Source: the human T2T-CHM13v2.0 reference genome, Homo sapiens. From it: 64,000 bases of DNA. Within the stretch, counting starts at the first letter, position 1, and every line of letters begins with the position of its first letter. The stretch lies in assembly GCF_009914755.1 (NCBI RefSeq), contig NC_060943.1; one strand, 5' to 3'. The translations under genes and the position numbers were made by a program. The notes under the pieces are model-generated. The model was not told the origin of the DNA and did no database searches. It worked only from the letters and a program-made list of their open reading frames with translations. This document shows positions 36,501-49,300 of the stretch, piece after piece.

Positions 36501-39500
36501 ATGTGTGCGTTCAACTCACAGAGTTCAACCTTTCTTTTCATAGAGCAGTTGGGAAACACTCTGTTTGTAAAGTCTGCAAGTGGATATTCAGACTTCTTTG
36601 AGGCCTTCGTTGGAAGCGGGATTTCTTCATATTCTGCTAGACAGAAGAATTCTCGGTAACTTCCTTGTGTTGTGTGTATTCAACTCACAGAGTTGAACGA
36701 TCCTTTACACAGAGCAGACTTGAAACACTCTTTTTGTGGAATTTGCAAGTGGAGATTTCAGCCGCTTTGAGGTCAATGGTAGAATAGGAAATATCTTCCT
36801 ATAGAAACTAGACAGAATGATTCTCAGAAACTCCTTTGTGATGTGTGCGTTCAACTCACAGAGTTTACCCTTTCTTTTCATAGAGCAGTTAGGAAACACT
36901 CTGTTTGTAAAGTCTGCAAGTGGATATTCAGACATCCTTGAGGCTTTCGTTGGAAACGGGATTTCTTCATATTCTGCTAGAAAGAAGAATTCTCAGTAAC
37001 TTCCTTGTGTTGTGTGTATTCAACTCACAGAGTTGAACGATCCTTTACACAGAGCAGACTTGAAACACTCTTTTTGTGGAATTTGCAAGTGGAGATTTCA
37101 GCCGCTTTGAGGTCAATGGTAGAATAGGAAATATCTTCCTATAGAAACTAGACAGAATGATTCTCAGAAACTCCTTTGTGATGTGTGCGTTCAACTCACA
37201 GAGTTCAACCTTTCTTTTCATAGAGCAGTTGGGAAACACTCTGTTTGTAAAGTCTGCAAGTGGATATTCAGACATCCTTGAGGCCTTCGTTGGAAGCGGG
37301 ATTTCTTCATGTTCTGCTAGACAGAAGAATTCTCAGTAACTGCCTTGTGTTGTGTGTATTCAACTCACAGAGTTGAACGATCCTTTACACAGAGCAGACT
37401 TGAAACACTCCTTTTGTGGAATTTGCAAGTTGAGATTTCAGCCGCTTTGAGGTCAATGGTAGAATAGGAAATATCTTCCTATAGAAAGTAGACAGAATGA
37501 TTCTCAGAAACTCCTTTGTGATGTGTGCGTTCAACTCACAGAGTTTAACCTTTCTTTTCATAGAGCAGTTAGGAAACACTCTGTTTGTAAAGTCTGCAAG
37601 TGGATATTCAGACATACTTGAGGCTTTCGTTGGAAACGGGATTTCTTCATATTCTGCTAGAAAGAAGAATTCTCAGTAACTTCCTTGTGTTGTGTGTATT
37701 CAACTCACAGAGTTGAACGATCCTTTACACAGAGCAGACTTGAAACACTCTTTTTGTGGAATTTGCAAGTGGAGATTTCAGCCGCTTTGAGGTCAATGGT
37801 AGAATAGGAAATATCTTCCTATAGAAACTAGACAGAATGATTCTCAGAAACTCCTTTGTGATGTGTGCGTTCAACTCACAGAGTTTAACCTTTCTTTTCA
37901 TAGAGCAGTTAGGAAACACTCTGTTTGTAAAGTCTGCAAGTGGATATTCAGACATCCTTGAGGCTTTCGTTGGAAACGGGATTTCTTCATATTCTGCTAG
38001 AAAGAAGAATTCTCAGTAACTTCCTTGTGTTGTGTGTATTCAACTCACAGAGTTGAACGATCCTTTACACAGAGCAGACTTGAAACACTCTTTTTGTGGA
38101 ATTTGCAAGTGGAGATTTCAGCCGCTTTGAGGTCAATGGTAGAATAGGAAATATCTTCCTATAGAAAGTAGACAGAATGATTCTCAGAAACTCCTTTGTG
38201 ATGTGTGCGTTCAACTCACAGAGTTTAACCTTTCTTTTCATAGAGCAGTTGGGAAACACTCTGTTTGTAAAGTCTGCAAGTGGATATTCAGACATCCTTG
38301 AGGCTTTCGTTGTAAACGGGATTTCTTCATATTCTGCTAGAAAGAAGAATTCTCAGTAACTTCCTTGTGTTGTGTGTATTCAACTCACAGAGTTGAACGA
38401 TCCTTTACACAGAGCAGGCTTGAAACACTCTTTTTGTGGAATTTGCAAGTGGAGATTTCAGCCGCTTTGAGTTCAATGGTAGAATAGGAAATATCTTCCT
38501 ATAGAAACTAGACAGAATGATTCTCAGAAACTCCTTTGTGATGTGTGCGTTCAACTCACAGAGTTTAACCTTTCTTTTCATAGAGCAGTTGGGAAACACT
38601 CTGTTTGTAAAGTCTGCAAGTGGATATTCAGACTTCTTTGAGGCCTTCGTTGGAAGCGGGATTTCTTCATGTTCTGCTAGACAGAAGAATTCTCAGAAAC
38701 TTCCTTGTGTTGTGTGTTTTCAACTCACAGAGTTGAACGATCCTTTACACAGAGCAGACTTGAAACACTCCTTTTGTGGAATTTGCACGAGGAGATTTCA
38801 GCCGCTTTGAGGTCAATGGTAGAATAGGTAATATCTTCCTATAGAAAGTAGACAGAATGATTCTCAGAAACTCCTTTGTGATGTGTGCGTTCAACTCACA
38901 GAGTTTAACCTTTCTTTTCATAGAGCAGTTAGGAAACACTCTGTTTGTAAAGTCTGCAAGTGGATATTCAGACCTCCTTGAGGCCTTCGTTGGAAACGGG
39001 ATTTCTTCATATTATGCTAGACAGAAGAATTCTCAGTAACTTCCTTGTGTTGTGTGTATTCAACTCACAGAGTTGAACGATCCTTTACACAGAGCAGACT
39101 TGAAACACTCTTTTTGTGGAATTTGCAAGTGGAGATTTCAGCCGCTTTGAGTTCAATGGTAGAATAGGAAATATCTTCCTATAGAAACTAGACAGAATGA
39201 TTCTCAGAAACTCCTTTGTGATGTGTGCGTTCAACTCACAGAGTTCAACCTTTCTTTTCATAGAGCAGTTGGGAAACACTCTGTTTGTAAAGTCTGCAAG
39301 TGGATATTCAGACTTCTTTGAGGCCTTCGTTGGAAGCGGGATTTCTTCATATTCTGCTAGACAGAAGAATTCTCGGTAACTTCCTTGTGTTGTGTGTATT
39401 CAACTCACAGAGTTGAAAGATCCTTTACACAGAGCAGACTTGAAACACTCTTTTTGTGGAATTTGCATGTGGAGATTTCAGCCGCTTTGAGGTCAATGGT

Positions 39501-40344
39501 AGAATTGGAAATATCTTCCTATAGAAACTAGACAGAATGATTCTCAGAAACTCCTTTGTGATGTGTGCGTTCAACTCACAGAGTTTAACCTTTCTTTTCA
39601 TAGAGCAGTTAGGAAACACTCTGTTTGTAAAGTCTGCAAGTGGATATTCAGACCTCCTTGAGGCCTTCGTTGGAAACGGGATTTCTTCATATTATGCTAG
39701 ACAGAAGAATTCTTAGTAACTTCCTTGTGTTGTGTGTATTCAACTCACAGAGTTGAACGATCCTTTACACAGAGCAGACTTGAAACACTCTTTTTGTGGA
39801 ATTTGCAAGTGGAGATTTCAGCCGCTTTGAGTTCAATGGTAGAATAGGAAATATCTTCCTATAGAAACTAGACAGAATGATTCTCAGAAACTCCTTTGTG
39901 ATGTGTGCGTTCAACTCACAGAGTTCAACCTTTCTTTTCATAGAGCAGTTGGGAAACACTCTGTTTGTAAAGTCTGCAAGTGGATATTCAGACTTCTTTG
40001 AGGCCTTCGTTGGAAGCGGGATTTCTTCATATTCTGCTAGACAGAAGAATTCTCAGTAACTGCCTTGTGTTGTGTGTATTCAACTCACAGAGTTGAACGA
40101 TCCTTTACACAGAGCAGACTTGAAACACTCTTTTTGTGGAATTTGCAAGTGGAGATTTCAGCCGCTTTGAGGTCAATGGTAGAATAGGAAATATCTTCCT
40201 ATAGAAACTAGACAGAATGATTCTCAGAAACTCCTTTGTGATGTGTGCGTTCAACTCACAGAGTTTAACCTTTCTTTTCATAGAGCAGTTAGGAAATACT
40301 CTGTTTGTAAAGTCTGCAAGTGGATATTCAGACCTCCTTGAGGC

Positions 40345-40361
40345 CTTAGTTGGAAAAGTGA
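40345..40361 (+). promoter_or_regulatory. Inactivated CENP-B box CTTAGTTGGAAAAGTGA (copies at 53945 and 59725)
   Basis: C4>A, C13>A and G15>T all fall in the 9 core positions. Confidence 0.9.
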
Positions 40362-43300
40362 TTTCTTCATATTATGCTAGACAGAAGAATTCTCAGTAAC
40401 TTCCTTGTGTTGTGTGTATTCAACTCACAGAGTTGAACGATCCTTTACACAGAGCAGACTTGAAACACTCTTTTTGTGGAATTTGCAAGTGGAGATTTCA
40501 GCCGCTTTGAGGTCAATGGTAGAATAGGAAATATCTTCCTATAGAAACTAGACAGAATGATTCTCAGAAACTCCTTTGTGATGTGTGCGTTCAACTCACA
40601 GAGTTCAACCTTTCTTTTCATAGAGCAGTTGGGAAACACTCTGTTTGCAAAGTCTGCAAGTGGACATTCAGACTTCTTTGAGGCCTTCGTTGGAAGCGGG
40701 ATTTCTTCATATTCTGCTAGACAGAAGAATTCTCAGTAACTGCCTTGTGTTGTGTGTATTCAACTCACAGAGTTGAACGATCCTTTACACAGAGCAGACT
40801 TGAAACACTCTTTTTGTGGAATTTGCAAGTGGAGATTTCAGCCGCTTTGAGGTCAATGGTAGAATAGGAAATATCTTCCTATAGAAACTAGACAGAATGA
40901 TTCTCAGAAACTCCTTTGTGATGTGTGCGTTCAACTCACAGAGTTTAACCTTTCTTTTCATAGAGCAGTTAGGAAACACTCTGTTTGTAAAGTCTGCAAG
41001 TGGATATTCAGACCTCCTTGAGGCCTTCGTTGGAAACGGGATTTCTTCATATTATGCTAGACAGAAGAATTCTCAGTAACTTCCTTGTGTTGTGTGTATT
41101 CAACTCACAGAGTTGAACGATCCTTTACACAGAGCAGACTTGAAACACTCTTTTTGTGGAATTTGCAAGTGGAGATTTCAGCCGCTTTGAGGTCAATGGT
41201 AGAATAGGAAATATCTTCCTATAGAAACTAGACAGAATGATTCTCAGAAACTCCTTTGTGATGTGTGCGTTCAACTCACAGAGTTCAACCTTTCTTTTCA
41301 TAGAGCAGTTGGGAAACACTCTGTTTGTAAAGTCTGCAAGTGGATATTCAGACTTCTTTGAGGCCTTCGTTGGAAGCGGGATTTCTTCATATTCTGCTAG
41401 ACAGAAGAATTCTCAGTAACTGCCTTGTGTTGTGTGTATTCAACTCACAGAGTTGAACGATCCTTTACACAGAGCAGACTTGAAACACTCTTTTTGTGGA
41501 ATTTGCAAGTGGAGATTTCAGCCGCTTTGAGGTCAATGGTAGAATAGGAAATATCTTCCTATAGAAACTAGACAGAATGATTCTCAGAAACTCCTTTGTG
41601 ATGTGTGCGTTCAACTCACAGAGTTTACCCTTTCTTTTCATAGAGGAGTTAGGAAACACTCTGTTTGTAAAGTCTGCAAGTGGATATTCAGACATCCTTG
41701 AGGCTTTCGTTGGAAACGGGATTTCTTCATATTCTGCCAGAAAGAAGAATTCTCAGTAACTTCCTTGTGTTGTGTGTATTCAACTCACAGAGTTGAACGA
41801 TCCTTTACACAGAGCAGACTTGAAACACTCTTTTTGTGGAATTTGCAAGTGGAGATTTCAGCCGCTTTGAGTTCAATGGTAGAATAGGAAATATCTTCCT
41901 ATAGAAACTAGACAGAATGATTCTCAGAAACTCCTTTGTGATGTGTGCGTTCAACTCAGAGAGTTCAACCTTTCTTTTCATAGAGCAGTTGGGAAACACT
42001 CTGTTTGTAAAGTCTGCAAGTGGATATTCAGACTTCTTTGAGGCCTTCGTTGGAAGCGGGATTTCTTCATGTTCTGCTAGACAGAAGAATTCTCAGAAAC
42101 TTCCTTGTGTTGTGTGTTTTCAACTCACAGAGTTGAACGATCCTTTACACAGAGCAGACTTGAAACACTCCTTTTGTGGAATTTGCAAGTGGAGATTTCA
42201 GCCGCTTTGAGGTCAATGGTAGAATAGGAAATATCTTCCTATAGAAAGTAGACAGAATGATTCTCAGAAACTCCTTTGTGATGTGTGCGTTCAACTCACA
42301 GAGTTTAACCTTTCTTTTCATAGAGCAGTTAGGAAACACTCTGTTTGTAAAGTCTGCAAGTGGATATTCAGACCTCCTTGAGGCCTTCGTTGGAAACGGG
42401 ATTTCTTCATATTATGCTAGACAGAAGAATTCTCAGTAACTTCCTTGTGTTGTGTGTATTCAACTCACAGAGTTGAACGATCCTTTACACAGAGCAGACT
42501 TGAAACACTCTTTTTGTGGAATTTGCAAGTGGAGATTTCAGCCGCTTTGAGTTCAATGGTAGAATAGGAAATATCTTCCTATAGAAACTAGACAGAATGA
42601 TTCTCAGAAACTCCTTTGTGATGTGTGCGTTCAACTCACAGAGTTCAACCTTTCTTTTCATAGAGCAGTTGGGAAACACTCTGTTTGTAAAGTCTGCAAG
42701 TGGACATTCAGACTTCTTTGAGGCCTTCGTTGGAAGCGGGATTTCTTCATATTCTGCTAGACAGAAGAATTCTCAGTAACTGCCTTGTGTTGTGTGTATT
42801 CAACTCACAGAGTTGAACGATCCTTTACACAGAGCAGACTTGAAACACTCTTTTTGTGGAATTTGCAAGTGGAGATTTCAGCCGCTTTGAGGTCAATGGT
42901 AGAATAGGAAATATCTTCCTATAGAAACTAGACAGAATGATTCTCAGAAACTCCTTTGTGATGTGTGCGTTCAACTCACAGAGTTTACCCTTTCTTTTCA
43001 TAGAGCAGTTAGGAAACACTCTGTTTGTAAAGTCTGCAAGTGGATATTCAGACATCCTTGAGGCTTTCGTTGGAAACGGGATTTCTTCATATTCTGCTAG
43101 AAAGAAGAATTCTCAGTAACTTCCTTGTGTTGTGTGTATTCAACTCACAGAGTTGAACGATCCTTTACACAGAGCAGACTTGAAACACTCTTTTTGTGGA
43201 ATTTGCAAGTGGAGATTTCAGCCGCTTTGAGGTCAATGGTAGAATAGGAAATATCTTCCTATAGAAAGTAGACAGAATGATTCTCAGAAACTCCTTTGTG

Positions 43301-46300
43301 ATGTGTGCGTTCAACTCACAGAGTTTAACCTTTCTTTTCATAGAGCAGTTGGGAAACACTCTGTTTGTAAAGTCTGCAAGTGGATATTCAGACATCCTTG
43401 AGGCTTTCGTTGTAAACGGGATTTCTTCATATTCTGCTAGAAAGAAGAATTCTCAGTAACTTCCTTGTGTTGTGTGTATTCAACTCACAGAGTTGAACGA
43501 TCCTTTACACAGAGCAGACTTGAAACACTCTTTTTGTGGAATTTGCAAGTGGAGATTTCAGCCGCTTTGAGTTCAATGGTAGAATAGGAAATATCTTCCT
43601 ATAGAAACTAGACAGAATGATTCTCAGAAACTCCTTTGTGATGTGTGCGTTCAACTCACAGAGTTTAACCTTTCTTTTCATAGAGCAGTTGGGAAACACT
43701 CTGTTTGTAAAGTCTGCAAGTGGATATTCAGACTTCTTTGAGGCCTTCGTTGGAAGCGGGATTTCTTCATGTTCTGCTAGACAGAAGAATTCTCAGAAAC
43801 TTCCTTGTGTTGTGTGTTTTCAACTCACAGAGTTGAACGATCCTTTACACAGAGCAGACTTGAAACACTCCTTTTGTGGAATTTGCACGAGGAGATTTCA
43901 GCCGCTTTGAGGTCAATGGTAGAATAGGTAATATCTTCCTATAGAAAGTAGACAGAATGATTCTCAGAAACTCCTTTGTGATGTGTGCGTTCAACTCACA
44001 GAGTTTAACCTTTCTTTTCATAGAGCAGTTAGGAAACACTCTGTTTGTAAAGTCTGCAAGTGGATATTCAGACCTCCTTGAGGCCTTCGTTGGAAACGGG
44101 ATTTCTTCATATTATGCTAGACAGAAGAATTCTCAGTAACTTCCTTGTGTTGTGTGTATTCAACTCACAGAGTTGAACGATCCTTTACACAGAGCAGACT
44201 TGAAACACTCTTTTTGTGGAATTTGCAAGTGGAGATTTCAGCCGCTTTGGGTTCAATGGTAGAATAGGAAATATCTTCCTATAGAAACTAGACAGAATGA
44301 TTCTCAGAAACTCCTTTGTGATGTGTGCGTTCAACTCACAGAGTTCAACCTTTCTTTTCATAGAGCAGTTGGGAAACACTCTGTTTGTAAAGTCTGCAAG
44401 TGGATATTCAGACTTCTTTGAGGCCTTCGTTGGAAGCGGGATTTCTTCATATTCTGCTAGACAGAAGAATTCTCGGTAACTTCCTTGTGTTGTGTGTATT
44501 CAACTCACAGAGTTGAAAGATCCTTTACACAGAGCAGACTTGAAACACTCTTTTTGTGGAATTTGCATGTGGAGATTTCAGCCGCTTTGAGGTCAATGGT
44601 AGAATTGGAAATATCTTCCTATAGAAACTAGACAGAATGATTCTCAGAAACTCCTTTGTGATGTGTGCGTTCAACTCACAGAGTTTAACCTTTCTTTTCA
44701 TAGAGCAGTTAGGAAACACTCTGTTTGTAAAGTCTGCAAGTGGATATTCAGACCTCCTTGAGGCCTTCGTTGGAAACGGGATTTCTTCATATTATGCTAG
44801 ACAGAAGAATTCTCAGTAACTTCCTTGTGTTGTGTGTATTCAACTCACAGAGTTGAACGATCCTTTACACAGAGCAGACTTGAAACACTCTTTTTGTGGA
44901 ATTTGCAAGTGGAGATTTCAGCCGCTTTGAGTTCAATGGTAGAATAGGAAATATCTTCCTATAGAAACTAGACAGAATGATTCTCAGAAACTCCTTTGTG
45001 ATGTGTGCGTTCAACTCACAGAGTTCAACCTTTCTTTTCATAGAGCAGTTGGGAAACACTCTGTTTGTAAAGTCTGCAAGTGGATATTCAGACTTCTTTG
45101 AGGCCTTCGTTGGAAGCGGGATTTCTTCATATTCTGCTAGACAGAAGAATTCTCGGTAACTTCCTTGTGTTGTGTGTATTCAACTCACAGAGTTGAACGA
45201 TCCTTTACACAGAGCAGACTTGAAACACTCTTTTTGTGGAATTTGCAAGTGGAGATTTCAGCCGCTTTGAGGTCAATGGTAGAATAGGAAATATCTTCCT
45301 ATAGAAACTAGACAGAATGATTCTCAGAAACTCCTTTGTGATGCGTGCGTTCAACTCACAGAGTTTAACCTTTCTTTTCATAGAGCAGTTAGGAAACACT
45401 CTGTTTGTAAAGTCTGCAAGTGGATATTCAGACATCCTTGAGGCTTTCGTTGGAAACGGGATTTCTTCATATTCTGCTAGAAAGAAGAATTCTCAGTAAC
45501 TTCCTTGTGTTGTGTGTATTCAACTCACAGAGTTGAACGATCCTTTACACAGAGCAGACTTGAAACACTCTTTTTGTGGAATTTGCAAGTGGAGATTTCA
45601 GCCGCTTTGAGGTCAATGGTAGAATAGGAAATATCTTCCTATAGAAACTAGACAGAATGATTCTCAGAAACTCCTTTGTGATGTGTGCGTTCAACTCACA
45701 GAGTTTAACCTTTCTTTTCATAGAGCAGTTGGGAAACACTCTGTTTGTAAAGTCTGCAAGTGGATATTCAGACATCCTTGAGGCTTTCGTTGGAAACGGG
45801 ATTTCTTCATATTCTGCTAGAAAGAAGAATTCTCAGTAACTTCCTTGTGTTGTGTGTATTCAACTCACAGAGTTGAACGATCCTTTACACAGAGCAGACT
45901 TGAAACACTCTTTTTGTGGAATTTGCAAGTGGAGATTTCAGCCGCTTTGAGGTCAATGGTAGAATAGGAAATATCTTCCTATAGAAACTAGACAGAATGA
46001 TTCTCAGAAACTCCTTTGTGATGTGTGCGTTCAACTCACACAGTTTAACCTTTCTTTTCATAGAGCAGTTAGGAAACACTCTGTTTGTAAAGTCTGCAAG
46101 TGGATATTCAGACCTCCTTGAGGCCTTCGTTGGAAACGGGATTTCTTCATATTATGCTAGACAGAAGAATTCTCAGGAACTTCCTTGTGTTGTGTGTATT
46201 CAACTCACAGAGTTGAACGATCCTTTACACAGAGCAGACTTGAAACACTCTTTTTGTGGAATTTGCAAGTGGAGATTTCAGCCGCTTTGAGTTCAATGGT

Positions 46301-49300
46301 AGAATAGGAAATATCTTCCTATAGAAAGTACACAGAATGATTCTCAGAAACTGCTTTGTGATGTGTGCGTTCAACTCACAGAGTTCAACCTTTCTTTTCA
46401 TAGAGCAGTTGGGAAACACTCTGTTTGTAAAGTCTGCAAGTGGATATTCAGACTTCTTTGAGGCCTTCGTTGGAAGCGGGATTTCTTCATATTCTGCTAG
46501 ACAGAAGAATTCTCAGTAACTTCCTTGTGTTGTGTGTATTCAACTCACAGAGTTGAACGATCCTTTACACAGAGCAGACTTGAAACACTCTTTTTGTGGA
46601 ATTTGCAAGTGGAGATTTCAGCCGCTTTGAGGTCAATGGTAGAATAGGAAATATCTTCCTATAGAAACTAGACAGAATGATTCTCAGAAACTCCTTTGTG
46701 ATGTGTGCGTTCAACTCACAGAGTTCAACCTTTCTTTTCATAGAGCAGTTGGGAAACACTCTGTTTGTAAAGTCTGCAAGTGGATATTCAGACTTCTTTG
46801 AGGCCTTCGTTGGAAGCGGGATTTCTTCATGTTCTGCTAGACAGAAGAATTCTCAGAAACTTCCTTGTGTTGTGTGTTTTCAACTCACAGAGTTGAACGA
46901 TCCTTTACACAGAGCAGACTTGAAACACTCCTTTTGTGGAATTTGCAAGTGGAGATTTCAGCCGCTTTGAGGTCAATGGTAGAATAGGAAATATCTTCCT
47001 ATAGAAAGTAGACAGAATGATTCTCAGAAACTCCTTTGTGATGTGTGCGTTCAACTCACAGAGTTTAACCTTTCTTTTCATAGAGCAGTTAGGAAACACT
47101 CTGTTTGTAAAGTCTGCAAGTGGATATTCAGACCTCCTTGAGGCCTTCGTTGGAAACAGGATTTCTTCATATTCTGCTAGACAGAAGAATTCTCAGTAAC
47201 TTCCTTGTGTTGTGTGTATTCAACTCACAGAGTTGAACGATCCTTTACACAGAGCAGACTTGAAACACTCTTTTTGTGGAATTTGTAATTGGAGATTTCA
47301 GCCGCTTTGAGTTCAATGGTAGAATAGGAAATATCTTCCTATAGAAACTAGACAGAATGATTCTCAGAAACTCCTTTGTGATGTGTGCGTTCAACTCACA
47401 CAGTTTAACCTTTCTTTTCATAGAGCAGTTAGGAAACACTCTGTTTGTAAAGTCTGCAAGTGGATATTCAGACCTCCTTGAGGCCTTCGTTGGAAACGGG
47501 ATTTCTTCATATTATGCTAGACAGAAGAATTCTCAGTAACTTCCTTGTGTTGTGTGTATTCAACTCACAGAGTTGAACGATCCTTTACACAGAGCAGACT
47601 TGAAACACTCCTTTTGTGGAATTTGCAAGTGGAGATTTCAGCCGCTTTGAGGTCAATGGTAGAATAGGAAATATCTTCCTATAGAAAGTAGACAGAATGA
47701 TTCTCAGAAACTCCTTTGTGATGTGTGCGTTCAACTCACAGAGTTTAACCTTTCTTTTCATAGAGCAGTTAGGAAACACTCTGTTTGTAAAGTCTGCAAG
47801 TGGATATTCAGACCTCCTTGAGGCCTTCGTTGGAAACGGGATTTCTTCATATTATGCTAGACAGAAGAATTCTCAGTAACTTCCTTGTGTTGTGTGTATT
47901 CAACTCACAGAGTTGAACGATCCTTTACACAGAGCAGACTTGAAACACTCTTTTTGTGGAATTTGCAAGTGGAGATTTCAGCCGCTTTGAGTTCAATGGT
48001 AGAATAGGAAATATCTTCCTATAGAAACTAGACAGAATGATTCTCAGAAACTCCTTTGTGATGTGTGCGTTCACCTCACAGAGTTCAACCTTTCTTTTCA
48101 TAGAGCAGTTGGGAAACACTCTGTTTGTAAAGTCTGCAAGTGGATATTCAGACTTCTTTGAGGCCTTCGTTGGAAGCGGGATTTCTTCATATTCTGCTAG
48201 ACAGAAGAATTCTCAGTAACTGCCTTGTGTTGTGTGTATTCAACTCACAGAGTTGAACGATCCTTTACACAGAGCAGACTTGAAACACTCTTTTTGTGGA
48301 ATTTGCAAGTGGAGATTTCAGCCGCTTTGAGGTCAATGGTAGAATAGGAAATATCTTCCTATAGAAACTAGACAGAATGATTCTCAGAAACTCCTTTGTG
48401 ATGTGTGCGTTCAACTCACAGAGTTTAACCTTTCTTTTCATAGAGCAGTTAGGAAACACTCTGTTTTTAAAGTCTGCAAGTGGATATTCAGACCTCCTTG
48501 AGGCCTTCGTTGGAAACGGGATTTCTTCATATTATGCTAGACAGAAGAATTCTCAGTAACTTCCTTGTGTTGTGTGTATTCAACTCACAGAGTTGAACGA
48601 TCCTTTACACAGAGCAGACTTGAAACACTCTTTTTGTGGAATTTGCAAGTGGAGATTTCAGCCGCTTTGAGGTCAATGGTAGAATAGGAAATATCTTCCT
48701 ATAGAAACTAGACAGAATGATTCTCAGAAACTCCTTTGTGATGTGTGCGTTCAACTCACAGAGTTCAACCTTTCTTTTCATAGAGCAGTTGGGAAACACT
48801 CTGTTTGTAAAGTCTGCAAGTGGATATTCAGACTTCTTTGAGGCCTTCGTTGGAAGCGGGATTTCTTCATATTCTGCTAGACAGAAGAATTCTCAGTAAC
48901 TGCCTTGTGTTGTGTTTATTCAACTCACAGAGTTGAACGATCCTTTACACAGAGCAGACTTGAAACACTCTTTTTGTGGAATTTGCAAGTGGAGATTTCA
49001 GCCGCTTTGAGGTCAATGGTAGAATAGGAAATATCTTCCTATAGAAACTAGACAGAATGATTCTCAGAAACTCCTTTGTGATGCGTGCGTTCAACTCACA
49101 GAGTTTAACCTTTCTTTTCATAGAGCAGTTAGGAAACACTCTGTTTGTAAAGTCTGCAAGTGGATATTCAGACATCCTTGATGCTTTCGTTGGAAACGGG
49201 ATTTCTTCATATTCTGCTAGAAAGAAGAATTCTCAGTAACTTCCTTGTGTTGTGTGTATTCAACTCACAGAGTTGAACGATCCTTTACACAGAGCAGACT

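Noticed and set aside
41951-41960. Same C>G change at homologous sites of both monomers (1668 and 41959) as inter-monomer conversion
   Set aside because: It is a single base with no co-converted neighbours, so parallel mutation suffices.
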